Shown piece after piece: positions 12,401-24,489 of a stretch of DNA of 64,000 bases (position 1 is its first letter; each line of letters starts with the position of its first letter). A program made the translations under genes and the position numbers. The notes below the pieces were generated by a model. The model saw only the letters and a program-made list of their open reading frames with translations, was not told the DNA's origin and ran no database searches. The DNA comes from Utricularia gibba. Lineage: Eukaryota; Plantae; Magnoliophyta. The stretch lies in NCBI GenBank assembly GCA_002189035.1, contig NEEC01000021.1:1240001-1304000 (forward strand), in the 5' to 3' direction.

Positions 12401-12520
12401 CCAAAGTTGTCTGCTAAATGGTACTCTGATTTCCTGAATGGAGATAACTCAAGAATATCATATGTGATAAATGATAAAACAAGCCAAGGAAGAAAAGAAG
12501 GGCTCTCCAACATTGTGTGA
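9472..12520 (+). CDS. GH1 beta-glucosidase-like protein, copy C, with one apparent -1 frameshift in exon 5 (pseudogene or sequencing error)
   Basis: Exons 9472-9591, 9682-9745, 10316-10365, 10572-10647, 10729-10799, 10900-10987, 11062-11314, 11389-11504, 11588-11808, 11886-12011, 12106-12196, 12274-12520 (1523 nt). Exon 5 is 71 nt against 72 in both paralogues, with GGGG at 10754-10757 where copy B has GGGGG. Motifs TVSEA and IYIHENG. Confidence 0.88.
9928..10150. repeat. Degenerate tandem repeat of about 44 bp (4-5 units) in intron 2 of BGLU copy C
   Basis: Units resembling AATTGATTTTTACTATATTTGTTTGGTATGTTTCAGAATATTAAC start near 9928, 9972, 10017, 10061 and 10121. This intron is 570 nt against 256 nt in copy B. 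Confidence 0.65.
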
Positions 12521-12798
12521 GGATATGCCAAACCAAATCAACTTCTGGTGTGCCTTTACATCTTTGCATGCAGGGATTTAGACCCCAAAGTTTCGTGTTT
12601 GTTTACATTATACATTACTGAATTCACACTTGTACACCGTGTATAAATACATTGAAGAAATGAAATCGGGAATGAATGATATACTTCTAGAATGGAGTAT
12701 CCTTGATGCAATAAAGTAAACAATGCCCATCCATTGTTCTGTTCAGCATGATAACAATATCTGAATCCGTTCTAGAAGAATGTACCTTTTCTGTCAAG

Positions 12799-12950
12799 GA
12801 GTGGCTCCGCCTACACGTCTGGGGCATTCTTAGAGTGCTCTGAGATGCTAGGAGGATACAACTCAACCTTCAAGATGAAGTATGTGAACATGGATGAGAT
12901 TTACAGAGTTCTCTGCTAAATGGTATTCTGATTTCTTGAAGAGGAAGAAG
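12799..12950 (+). pseudogene. Degraded relic of a BGLU last exon
   Basis: AAG|GAGTGGCTCC mirrors the paralogue acceptor AAG|GAATGGCTCC. It then reads FLECSEMLGGYNSTFKMKYVNMDE and, after a frame change, [11 protein letters not shown], aligning to [24 protein letters not shown]...[11 protein letters not shown]. Confidence 0.7.
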
Positions 12951-13153
12951 TCTGGGGAGTCTTCTGTGGCTGCACAAATCATGGGAGAAAAGTCAGGTTC
13001 TTCATTTAACATCTTATCTGGGATCACTCCTCGCCATGTACTTTTCTGTAGCTCTGCGTAGTTCCATAAGAAGCTGTTTTGTGTTTGACGCCTACCACGT
13101 TTACCAGAATTTTCTGTTGGTAAGGCGTCAGTGTAACTTCTCATGATGCATTC

Positions 13154-14556
13154 TCAGGCAACAAGCATGGCTTTCTCAGAACTAGGCACCACCACATCTT
13201 CCCTCATGATAGACCTGTACTTGTCTCCAACTTCAGCCCCAGCTTGCACAAATAGTTCAACGACCGCCGGAAGCATTCCGTAGTAACTCTTTAAAGAATC
13301 CACAAGAAGTTGATTATTAAGAGAAGAGACATGCCAGACATATACCGGAGGGACGATGTCATCGAACATTGCCTCCTGCCAAGCATGCTGCCCGTCCCTC
13401 ATCTGGTGCTTGAAAGCTTGGCATTGCCTCACTCTGTGACCCTTTGGTCCTACTTGCACTTCCAAGCAGTAGCCACAAGTTTGCACTTTGTACTTTTCCA
13501 TTAGTTTAATCGTCCCAGCTTGCAGGTTCTCCCAAGCTCGCATTCCCATCTCAGCAAAACCTATTTAAGATGATCGATGTAAAATTTACAACTTCAAAGA
13601 TGAAAACAGAAGAGAACAGATCTTGCTCTCCATAATTCACAAGTTCAAGCACTAAGGAAATACCTTTAACATCTCTAGATTGCAAGTTGAAACACTCTTG
13701 TCTTTTGTTCCAACTTTTAGACATTTCCCAAAATCCATAAGGTTGTATACCATCTCCAGAGGGATCAACTTTCGGATATCTCTTTTCGAAATCAAATGTT
13801 TTTCCTGCTACACGGTATATTGGGAATTCCCGTCTTCTAGTTGGATATTCAGTGATGTCTACGCCAGCCTGAATGCAGAGCTCCAAGATGGCTGGAATCC
13901 GATCAACTTGGAGTCTCTCGTCATGAGATACTGCTCTTCCTAGCCTGTCATACAGATGAAACGACTCTGTTTCTGGAAACAAGTGATCAACACCCCTCTA
14001 ACCCAGGCATGCTCTATATACTTTCCCCCAAAACACATGTTCTGATTTTATGTGGGGGGTTCCCCACATGCACATCTCCACAAACACTGCATTTTTATGG
14101 AGACCCACAGTTAGCTCTGGGTACCAATACGTTCATAAGATCTGAAGCATATGAAAGAATGTATTATCACCTACAGACGAAAATGGGGATGCTCTCAGCT
14201 ACCCTTGTGAGACAAGTCAGCAACTTGGCTCTAGCAGCCATAACCTTGTGAGCAACAGGGATCAGATGTTTCACCAATAGCCCATTTTCTGGAGGTTTTA
14301 GCGTGACTTCCTCCACCAGTCTTCTCTCTCGACTCTCCAATCTTGACTTACGCTTAACTTCGGTAATATGAGTCACCCACGGCTTTTTCTCAAACCTTTT
14401 CAGCTTCCTTGGTAGCTCTCCCAAACCAGTACCTCTAGAATACAAGGCGCCGGCACAAACCCGCAAATCCCCAGAGTTTGACATGGCGACTGTGCTGCGC
14501 CCCCTGTAGAATCCCCAGCACAGGTTCAATAGCAACCGGGATCGACCAACGGGCAT
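13154..14556 (-). CDS. APO3: APO domain RNA-binding protein, mitochondrial type (APO3-like), about 405 aa, with two apparent -1 frameshifts
   Basis: Exons 14556-14171, 14086-13664, 13560-13154. APO zinc motifs CSVCGDVHVGNPPHKIRTC and TCGYCLEVQVGPKGHRVRQC, plus ESFHLYDRLGRAVSH and IPAILELCIQAG. Adding one base to each of the C runs at 14025-14029 and 13993-13996 restores the frame. The start is uncertain: in-frame ATGs also lie further upstream and at 14484. Confidence 0.88.
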
Positions 14557-14742
14557 TGACGAAGCGAAAAAGCTCGAATTTCGCCGGACTGATTCAGTCA
14601 GGAATTTCATCGAAGGCGTTTCAAGCGAACTCCACAGTATCATCGAAGCAGGCGCTGCAAATAGAAACGAAGAGCGTGGTGGGCCCGGCGGCAAGTAGGC
14701 TATAGTAAACAGTTTAATGAGCTTCTATTGAACCCATTATGA

Positions 14743-14764
14743 TGGGCCACGCGGGAAGGCCCAT
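14743..14764. promoter_or_regulatory. Site II (TCP-type, TGGGCC) pair upstream of APO3
   Basis: TGGGCC at 14743-14748 and GGCCCA nearby in the opposite orientation, about 200 bp upstream of a gene for a mitochondrial protein. Confidence 0.45.
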
Positions 14765-14973
14765 TATCGCGATTCGGAGCTTCTATCAAATATATTTAAA
14801 ATCTAAAATTATATAACATATTTTATCTTAAATTATATAATTAAAATATTAATTCAACTACCAAATGAGTGTAAAAAGTTATCACTTTTCGAGACATGGA
14901 GGAATAAATAGTTATTCTTGGGCTTGTTCAGGGCAGCCTTTGCGCAGGAGTTCAAAGTTGGAAAAACAGCAGA

Positions 14974-15790
14974 TCAATGCTTGTTCTTGGGCTTCTTCAC
15001 AATCATCACAGAGCAGTGTGCATGGTGAGAGCAGTAATCACTTACACTGCCCAGAACAGTCCTGCGCAATACCATCAACAGAAACAGAATCGATCATGGA
15101 GTGCATAAGGGATTTGAGTAAAAAAGGAGGTTCAAGCATTCAAACAATGGTGGTTTCACTGTTTGCTGACAAGTTACTGCAAGATGAAAGGCAAACAAAC
15201 AGCAGATACCTCTTGAGGACTCCATAGCCATGGCTACCAACAACAAGGATAGAGGCTTGTTGACTCTCCACGGCCTGGCAGAGAACATGTCTGGAATCAC
15301 CTTCGATGATCAAATAGACCGCATCATTGACCTGCAACAGAGCATGAAGCTAATCCTTTAATGGGAATTGATCTTGGAGAAGGGTCTAAATCGTTTTACA
15401 GAGTGGTTATTTTTACCGATTTGGCTTCACAAACTGCTCTAGCCTTCTCCAGAACCTTTGCAGCCACCTTCTGCAAATCCTGCTCCACAGCTGGGAGCAG
15501 ATCTGCATTAGCTGCAAATCACATGTGCACAAATGACGATCAAGAAAAGGAAACCATCTGACCACAATCGGAGCCCAATTGAAGTGCAATAAACCCTAAA
15601 TTAAACCAAAAAATCTAACTGTGCAAAAATCCGCGACTAGCGGAGGCTGCCGCCGGCTTCGCGTGCACTACAACAAGCCTGAACGGGGAATTTGCCAGAG
15701 CGGGGGGAACAAGTGATCCAGAGTCCACTCCAAAGCGTAGAAACTGCGGTCGCTATCATCAACGCCCACTACAACCACCGATCTCTCCAT
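14974..15790 (-). CDS. Universal stress protein A-like (adenine nucleotide alpha hydrolase-like), about 158 aa, with one apparent -1 frameshift
   Basis: Exons 15790-15620, 15511-15417, 15331-15210, 15061-14974. Reads MERSVVVVGVDDSDRSFYALEWTLDHLF...EGDSRHVLCQAVESQQASILVVGSHGYGVLKRTVLGSVSDYCSHHAHCSVMIVKKPKNKH*. Needs one extra base in the G run at 15702-15707. Confidence 0.9.
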
Positions 15791-17152
15791 AGATTTCTCT
15801 GAAAACCAGAACTGCTTCTGAAACTGCAGCGATTCCGAGCATCTTTATAATGGCGGAAAAAGGTCGAGCCCCTCGTGGAGCACGTCAGCAGCCATCTTTA
15901 TCGTGCGAAGCTCGAAGACGAAAACGCTTCTTCGTCTTCAAAAACAGACGTGAACGCTGCAAATTATTCACCTTCAGTGACCAAAATACCCTTCCTTCCC
16001 GCCAGTTTAGATTTCCTACCCCCATTTGTACTTTCTATTTTGGTATTTACCTTTTTTCCATTTAATAACGCTAAATAATTCTGATTAATAAAATTTATAC
16101 CATTATTATCAAATACAAATAATTTTATTTCAATAATAACATAAATATTCATTATTTTCTTAAGAATATGTAAGGATATAATTTTCAAGAAGAAAAATCA
16201 ATAATCTTAACAATATCTAAAAAAAGCAATAAAGCTTAGTTTATCTTTAAAGATGAACCGTTCATCCTTCTTTCCAGATCACACCACTATTCTGCACTTT
16301 TACCAAATTGCCCACTAAAAATATCGTCATCATTTTATTCACATTTTTATCCTAAAGTTTTTACTCATTAATCTATTTTCCTTATTTAGAGTATATAATA
16401 GGTATGTTCTATAATTTGACACAGTGATTCACATTATGTAAAATATAATTAACTTTAAAATTATATGAATAATTTTAAGATTGTAAAAATGTTTTATGGA
16501 ATTGTATAAATTATATTATAAAATAATATATATATATATTAAATATTAAATTTTTATAATTAATATATTATTTAAGATTTAATAAACTCAATAACTTATT
16601 AAGTTTATCACAAAATATGAATTTAATTTTATTATAAAACAATAAAATATTAATATTTTCAAATACTCAAAAGAGTCACCTTAGTAAATTATTAACACAG
16701 AACAAGATCAATGTCATGTGTGAGATGATTCCAACATTACAAATGCTCGTAAATTGATTTATTGAAGGTCGATTATATATACATTATTTAAATTAATCTC
16801 TTAATTTATCTTATGATAAATAATATATGCTAATAATAAGAAGTGATATTTAACATTGTATATTAAATATTTTAAAAATTTAGCTAATTATATTGAAATA
16901 GATTCACTTAGAAAATATTATTTATTTATTATGAAATAGTTTGATATTTTGAAATATTATTTTTCTATTAAATATATTTATACTTAAAACGTACTATTAA
17001 ACAAAATTCTATAAAAAGACGTGACATAAATTGATAATTTTCGAAATAAATTATTGCAGAGAAATGATGAGAATGAACTGATCACCATCGGCATCCTTCC
17101 TGCCATGGCAACCTGGAGCAGAGTTCAGCATCTCCTCCGCCGTGGACGCTGA

Positions 17153-20100
17153 TCACAGCTCTCCAGATCGGTTAGCGTATTCTTCAACGAGGGCGCCGAA
17201 GAGGGACGGCTGCTGCAGAAGCCGCGCCGGTTTATCGAACTCCTTGGCCTTTCCGGCGTCGATGACCAGCACCCTGTTGCAGTCCATCACCGTGGGTATC
17301 CTATGCGCGATGCTTATGATGGTGCAGAGGGCGAACTCCTCGCGGATGATCTTCTGGATCACCCCGTCGGTGTACGAATCGACGGACGCTGTGGCTTCGT
17401 CCATGAAGAGAAGCCTGCTGCGCTTCAGCATCACTCTGCCTAAGCAGAGGAGCTGCCTTTGGCCGACGCTCCAGTTCTCGCCGTTGTCGACAACTGCAAA
17501 AGGAGTAGCGTGTTGGGGTGTTTGCGGTGGAGGGATGGAGGTAGTTGAGATGAATTACCGGCGGAGTCGAGCTTCCCCGGCTTCCCGGAAACTGCGTCTT
17601 TGAGCTGGCAGCGCTCTAGGCTCTTGGGGAAGAAGGATAGGAGAAGAAGAACGTTAAGCATGAGGCTCTTAAACCAGGAAAAAACGAAGAGCTTTCAGAG
17701 GTGATCTGCTACCTTCCATATCTCTTCATCGGAGTAGATCCCCGTGGGGTCGATGTTGCTTCTTATTGTCCCTTCGAAGAGAACAGGTTCCTGGGGAATG
17801 ATTCCGAATCTGGACCGCAGATCATGAAGCCCCAGATGGGAGATGTCCACGCCGTCGATCACTATTTTCCCTCCCGATGGCTCCACCAGCCGGAACAAGA
17901 CCTGGATAAGAGTCGATTTCCCGCCGCCGGTGCGACCCACAATGCCGATCTTCTCGCCGCCGGTAATGCTCAGTGTGATTCCTTTGAGAACCAGGGGAGT
18001 ATCTGGGCGGTACCGAACCTGACATTTGTGAAAGGATTCAGTCAAACCACCGTTAAATTCGATTGCTCCGGTAAGAAATTTCGAATCATCACCTCCACGT
18101 TGTCGAGATCAATGTTTCCATGAGTCGGCCAGTCGGGAGAAGGGAGGCAGTCCTTCTTCCTCCATGCTGCCTCAGAAGGTATCACTGTGAACTGCTTGAT
18201 CCTCTCAACTGAAACCATCCTGTTTTCCATGAGGCAGCTGATGAAGATTGTCCAACACAGGGATGAGTTCAGGGACAAGCCGTACGACAGGGCTAAACCG
18301 ACGTTCTCTGGAAGACAATCAACCAGAAACTTCAGCATCGCTATGGAAAACTAATGAATCAGATTCATTCATGGCTAAAAAACGCACCTGGCTTGATGAT
18401 GCTGCTCGGCAAAACGATCATGAACATAGTAGAAATACAGAGGATGAAGCTTCCGATCAGCTCCAAACGGAATCCCAGCCACTCATTCGCTGCATTGTTG
18501 TGGAAATCCATTCGTATATTCGCGTTCACTCGTTTGATATTGTCGAAGGAGAAGGCTTCCTGCTTCCTGAAACATCTGATGGTCATAACTCCGGTGATGC
18601 TCTCGGAGAAATGATGAATGATCGGCGCTTTCGTGATCGAATCCAAGCGTGTCAATTCACGGGAAGTCGCAAGGTAGTAGCCCTGAGACAACCAGAAGCA
18701 GCATGAGGTTAGTTTCCTGAAAACAGAAAACCAGAAGCAATGGAGCACAGAGAGAGTACCCTGGCCCAGAAATTGAGCCACCCAGTGGAATGAGGAGGAT
18801 AATTGTAGGCCACGAATATTGGCAGGTGATCACGATGATGCTCGCTAGAGAAATCACCATCGCAATCGTTAGATTCATGAAGAAAGGGATCAAGATATCG
18901 ACATTCGTCTGATCATTTGATGCCTGCGGAAAACGAAAGGTGTAAGACTCAGCAACCATCTCCAAGTTTCATGAAGCACAGGGAAGCATGCATCCATGGC
19001 ATTACTTACCCTTGTGAGGATTCTACCAGAAGGCGTGGTGTCAAAGAACGACATGGGAGCATGCAGAATACTCTGAAGTATCTGTCTGAAGAAAATCTGG
19101 GATGTCTTTAACCCCATCAGGGTGATCAGTAAGCTTCTTAGGATGATCAGGACGAAGGCAACCAGAGAGATCAAGGCATATACTTCAATAAACCAGGAAG
19201 GATTGAATGATTCTGCATTTTTCTCAGAGGTTTCATAAGCAAGCCAATAATCACTTAGCATCAGAGTCACTTGCCAGATCACGGAAAGGAACAAAGCTGC
19301 TGCAACACCCCACCAGCCAAACGATTCAGTAGCATATAACTTGTAAACTCTCAGACTCACTTTCCCAGTAGCTCTTTCTTCTTCTTTGATGAGTTTGGAT
19401 TCCTTCTTTGATTTTGATCCGGATCTGGATTCCAAATCCCCTGAGGTGTTGTTTTCTCCATTTTCAGCACCATGCTTGAAAGACTCCTTTTTGGATAAGG
19501 TAGGTGCAGGTTTCGCCTCATTTTTGTTTTCGACATCGACAAGCTCCATGGAAGCTTCATGCGCCAAGACTAAGGATTTGAAATCCATTCCAGAATCCAG
19601 TAACTGATCATACTTCCCAGATTGAACTATCATGCCGTCCCTCATAACCTATTTTGATGATAAAAACATCAGTAACAGAACTTCAGACGCTGTGAATTCT
19701 TACAGAATTATATGAGCATACCAGGATTTGATCAACATTGTGCAGGAAGTCGACTTGATGAGTGACCAAGATGATTGTTTTGCCTCTGAGAGCCCCTCTA
19801 ACACACTCCTGAAAGAAGAAAGAAAGAATAAGAGGTGTGCCATGTTCGAAAACAGTATTCGGCTTTTAAGCACCTTGAAGATCTCAGATCCAGTGTGAGC
19901 ATCAACTGCACTGAATACATCATCAAGGAGATAAATATCACAATCTTGATAAACTGCTCTAGCAAGCTGAATCCTCTGCTTCTGGCCACCACTCATATTG
20001 ATACCACGCTCTCCAATCTCGGTTTGATCTCCGAATTCCATCATTTCCAAGTCTTTCTCCAAGCAGCAGACTCTAACAGCCTTGTTGTATCGATCACGGT

Positions 20101-22378
20101 CCATTGGAAGGCCAAACAGTATGTTCTCCTGTATTGTCCCATTCTGGATCCATGCTGTTTGCGCAACATATGCTGTGCTGCCACACACTCTAATCTGCAA
20201 AAGTAACAAAAGCAAGAACCTTTATACATGATCCAGGTATGATGTTTGTTGTTGCAGGGAAACTGATGATTTGAAAAAATGGTACCTTCCCCTTTGACTT
20301 GTTCATCTCCCAAGAATTGCAGCCAGCAGAGAAGATTTACCAGATCCCACTGTTCCAACAATGGCAGCAAGCTCCCCTTTTCTTATCTCAAAATCCAGAT
20401 TTTTCACAGCTTCATCTCCACCCTCATCATCCCAGCTGAAAGCTGCATCTTTCACTTCCACAGCGATATTCCCATCACAGCCGTGGACACGCTCAACTGA
20501 TGTATCCGCCAACTCCTTGCTGATCATGAACTTGTCCAGTCTTTCAAGAGATATTATAGCTTGGGAAAGTGAGATCATTGCCTGAGGAAAAGTTCTGATT
20601 GGCTCCTGCAGCATCCTTAAGATAGACGTTGTGGTAAAGACAGTTGCAACTGAGAGAGGAAACTTAAGCAAGATAGCCATTCCAAATGTGATAGTACATA
20701 TGACTGCTGGAGTGCTCCAAAAAACCACAATATTTGCTGCCACTGCGTACATAAACTTAGAAAGCCATCCGAATTCGGTTTCGCGAAATGCCTGGATTCT
20801 GTTGTTGAAGTGTTCTTCCCAGGCCTGAAATTTAATAACTCTCATGTAGTTGAGCATCTCATTCACTGCTTTCATTCTAGCATCACGGTTGCTCATGATC
20901 TTGAACTGGAAGTTGTTGTTTCTCTTAGTACGAATAAGCACGAAAACGATAACAAATGCAAGTCCCAACAGTGTTGCAATGGTGGAAGTTCCCAAAAACT
21001 GATAAAGAATCACCAAGGCCACAGCTATCTGCAAGGGCATCAACCACAAGTTATGCAACTGCAGGATCATATCACCAAGCTGTTGAGTATCAACAGCCAT
21101 GTAGTTTACAATCTGCCCGACACCATGATCTTGTCTAGCCGAGCCTGTCAGCCTCAAACCCTTCTGGTATAAAGAAGTAATGAGAACTGATCTGATGCGC
21201 ATTCCCAGTTTCTGTGTATTGAAGTTGAACTGGTGCCCGCTCAGACCTTCAACAAACTTTGCAACTAACAGAATGATCACAAGATAGTATCCTTCATAAG
21301 GAGAAGTCCGCTTTCCTGATGTGAAATCTACAAAACGCTGGATCAATGACGGTCCTACATACATCACACACAGCCTCACTATTGCAAGAAAAGCAGTGAA
21401 AAAAAATTCTTTCCAAAAACATAAGATTAATGTTTTAGCAAGAGGGTGCTTTGCGCTCTCCCCGGGCCAGTTTTTCTGGAAGAGCTCACACAACCCTTCA
21501 GCTCTGTCATTCGGTGAAAGGGAAGGCACATCATCGAGCTCCAGAGGAGATCTGTATCCTTTCTTCAGAAGGGGATCCATCCAAATCCAAAAAGCTTTGG
21601 AAAAGATCGAAGCTGAAGCAAATCCAGTCACATTGGACTCACTTGACATTGTCTCATCCTCATCTTTGCCATTTGAAGCAGTTACTGCTTCGGAGACCTT
21701 GATGACTTGAATCCCTGTCAAGCCCTTAAATGCAGGAATGACAAGAATGGTGGACAAAGCGAAGAATGCCATCATTGCAACATCATCTAAACCCAAACTG
21801 GAACCTACTTCATGGTATAAAATCAAACGTACAAGGCCTGTACCAAAGAAAAATGCTAAAATGCAGAACTCCGCAGTCCAATATAAGCGAAGAACTAAGG
21901 GATGTCTCAAGGCTTTGAATCTCTTCTCATGAGCAACCAACACAACAATCACCGCATGAGAAATAGCTAGCAGCAGCCAACACACGCCATCTATGGTCTT
22001 CCAAGGGAGCTCACCTCTTCTAACAAAAACCAATGCGCACAAAACCGCTGAAGACACTGTCAGAAGCAAGCTGACGATGAAACTGAATTTAAATAGTGCA
22101 TTCGTTTTCACCACAACACTCTTCTCAGCAATCAAAGGGCTGGTAATTTCAGTATCAGAACTGCGACTTGATGCGAATCGAGACAAAAGCCTTTTGCCAG
22201 CTAAAACAAGTAAAGACACCAAGAAAAGAGCATTCACAGCAGACAACAGGACTCTCTGAGGGCAGGGGGAGAGGAAAATGAATCTCAGCCAAAGAAAAGC
22301 ATCTGAAACCGGGTCCCCTAACGGTTCCACCACAGAAGGAGAACACGAAAGTGTGGTAAACCAAGAAGCCGGTGCCAT
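17153..22378 (-). CDS. ABCC4: ABC transporter C family (MRP), ABCC4/ABCC14-like, about 1508 aa, with two apparent -1 frameshifts
   Basis: Exons 22378-20286, 20194-19874, 19808-19722, 19648-19010, 18923-18760, 18682-18388, 18307-18093, 18018-17713, 17622-17559, 17493-17153. Walker A motifs GTVGSGKSS and GRTGGGKST, signatures MSGGQKQR and WSVGQRQ, Walker B LLDD and FMDE. One added base at each of 20309-20311 and 18781-18783 gives 4527 nt in frame. ABCC4 versus ABCC14 cannot be resolved by eye. Confidence 0.93.
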
Positions 22379-22682
22379 TTTAGCAATCAGCAGGTGCACG
22401 ATCTGGAGCAATCTAACTTCTTCTGCTTCAAATATTCAGCAAACTCCCTCCCATTCCGTGACGTCTGTAAACCCTGCAGACAAACTACAAGAACTCAGAA
22501 AACATCATCAGAGAAGCAAAGATTAGATTTTTAGAAACTGAAACCCAGAAAAACCTTTCAAACTAATCCCCAAACGGAAACCCACGAAGAACTCCTATGC
22601 GGGAACTAAGTAGTAGATTCGAAGAAATGAAAAATCAAGTCTTTAACAGACAGAAACCCACAACGTGATTCATCTGCCTGCA

Positions 22683-22745
22683 AAGAAACGAGACGAGCGA
22701 GACATATCGGTGACAGAGGCGCTAAGAAACGAGACGAGCGAGACA
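22683..22745. repeat. Perfect 22-bp direct repeat, each unit containing TGTCTC on the minus strand
   Basis: AAGAAACGAGACGAGCGAGACA at 22683-22704 and 22724-22745, about 300-370 bp upstream of the ABCC ATG. Confidence 0.8.
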
Positions 22746-24207
22746 GGGCTCATTAATGACGAGAAGAGAAGCAGATATAGAAGCAATGGAGACGAATTCC
22801 AGCACGTCTCATGGAAGTGAAAATACTCCTAAAATGTTGCCTCAAGACTATTAATTTTTTTTCGCTCTGGTGAAAACTCCACCACAAAAACAAACAAGCT
22901 GACGAGCCTCCATCTCCATTCCCATGATGAGAGGAGAGGAAGCTTTCATGGTTGAAAAGTATGCTGGGGCTTCTTCTGCCAACGCTGTCGTCTCTTACAC
23001 ATTGTTATTAAGTTGACGGCAGGGGCAATTTCTGTCACAGTCTATTTATATTCTTAAAAAATAATATCAATATTATATTCAATTATTTTAAAAAAATAAA
23101 CCTGATTTCACTCATTATTAAAAAAATTCAATTATAATCTATGATATTGAAATCATTAGTAAAATAATATAGGATAAATCATAAGCCCAATCAAATGACA
23201 CCTAACATGCTAGAAGATTGATTGGTTGATGGTGCATTTTATTTGGATTTAAATAAATTTTATGTATTGAGATTAATTTTTTTAAGTATTATGTTAGCTA
23301 TAGGGATTAGAAATGATATCAAATGGTATTAAGTAAAATAAAAGAGGGATGTAATTTTAAATAAACCTATGTACATGAGATTAAAAAAAGATTGTATAAT
23401 TTCAGATTTATTTAAATCTATCAACTAAACATCTTATAATTTATAATAATACTTTAAACTTTTATAATCCAATAAGCCAAATACACCCTTACAATTCCAA
23501 TCATCCAATAATTTAATCAATAGTAACTATCACTTATATTCATTATGATAAAATAATTGATATAGGAATAAATCCAATTGAATGATCTATTTGGATAAAT
23601 CATATAATTATTCACATTTTCAAAATTCCTATAATAATCATAATAGAATTATAAAGAATATATATACTTATGTATAATAAATTACAAAATGTTTAAGCTA
23701 ATATTCACGATGCTGTGAACCAACTATATCTTCAAATTCAACAAAATTTTGTGATAAGATTTTTGTTATTTGTACCTAAAATTTGGCAAATATAATGATA
23801 CTTTTGCTAGGATTATATTAAGTTCGTATTTTGTATAATTTGAAGTGACGATTATTACACTGTATTAACATCTCACATGATTCTAAATAACGCTGCTCCT
23901 ATCGCGTTTTATATGATGCACCGTTATAACGGTCTTAATGTCAAAATCAGTTAGTTTTAGTAACAAGAAAAGATTAAATATGAAATTTCATAAATTTGAA
24001 GGTAAAATGTTTACAAAAAATAAGTTAAAGAATATATGACACAATTTTAAAACATATGAATTAAACCAAATCGTACCCCCAAACTCAGTTCACCCCAAGA
24101 TAGATAAATGATGCACCGACGAGGTATGCAAAATAAATAAGGAATGAGGTGGTTGGGCTGTGATCACTGAGCTCATGCTGCTGCTTTCCTGTCCACAGCT
24201 ACTCCAG

Positions 24208-24291
24208 GAATGAATGAATGAATGAATGAAGGAATGAATGAATGAATGAATGAATGAATGAATGAATGAATGAATGAATGAATGAATGAAT
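24208..24291. repeat. (GAAT)n microsatellite, about 21 units with one GAAG interruption
   Basis: Directly visible. It produces the spurious HSFI-repeat ORFs. Confidence 0.97.
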
Positions 24292-24489
24292 GGCCACCAC
24301 AGAACCAGCTGCTGCTGCTGCAATAATTAAATATTGGATTGGTGGTTGTAGACCTGAACGGTAGTTGGAGGAATGCTGTTGGTATTGGTATTGGTGTTCC
24401 CCAAACCCCTCCTTCATAACCAACCGCTGCCCTTTTCGTGACGTGTGTGCCTCATTATCATATCCAACACAAATGTAAACCTATGATTG

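Noticed and set aside
17142-18706. Long plus-strand ORFs (153, 140 and 152 aa)
   Set aside because: They are antisense to ABCC exons with high GC3, where stop-poor shadow frames are expected.
24090-24423. ORFs with HSFI repeats as novel repeat proteins
   Set aside because: They are translations of the (ATTC)n strand of the microsatellite.
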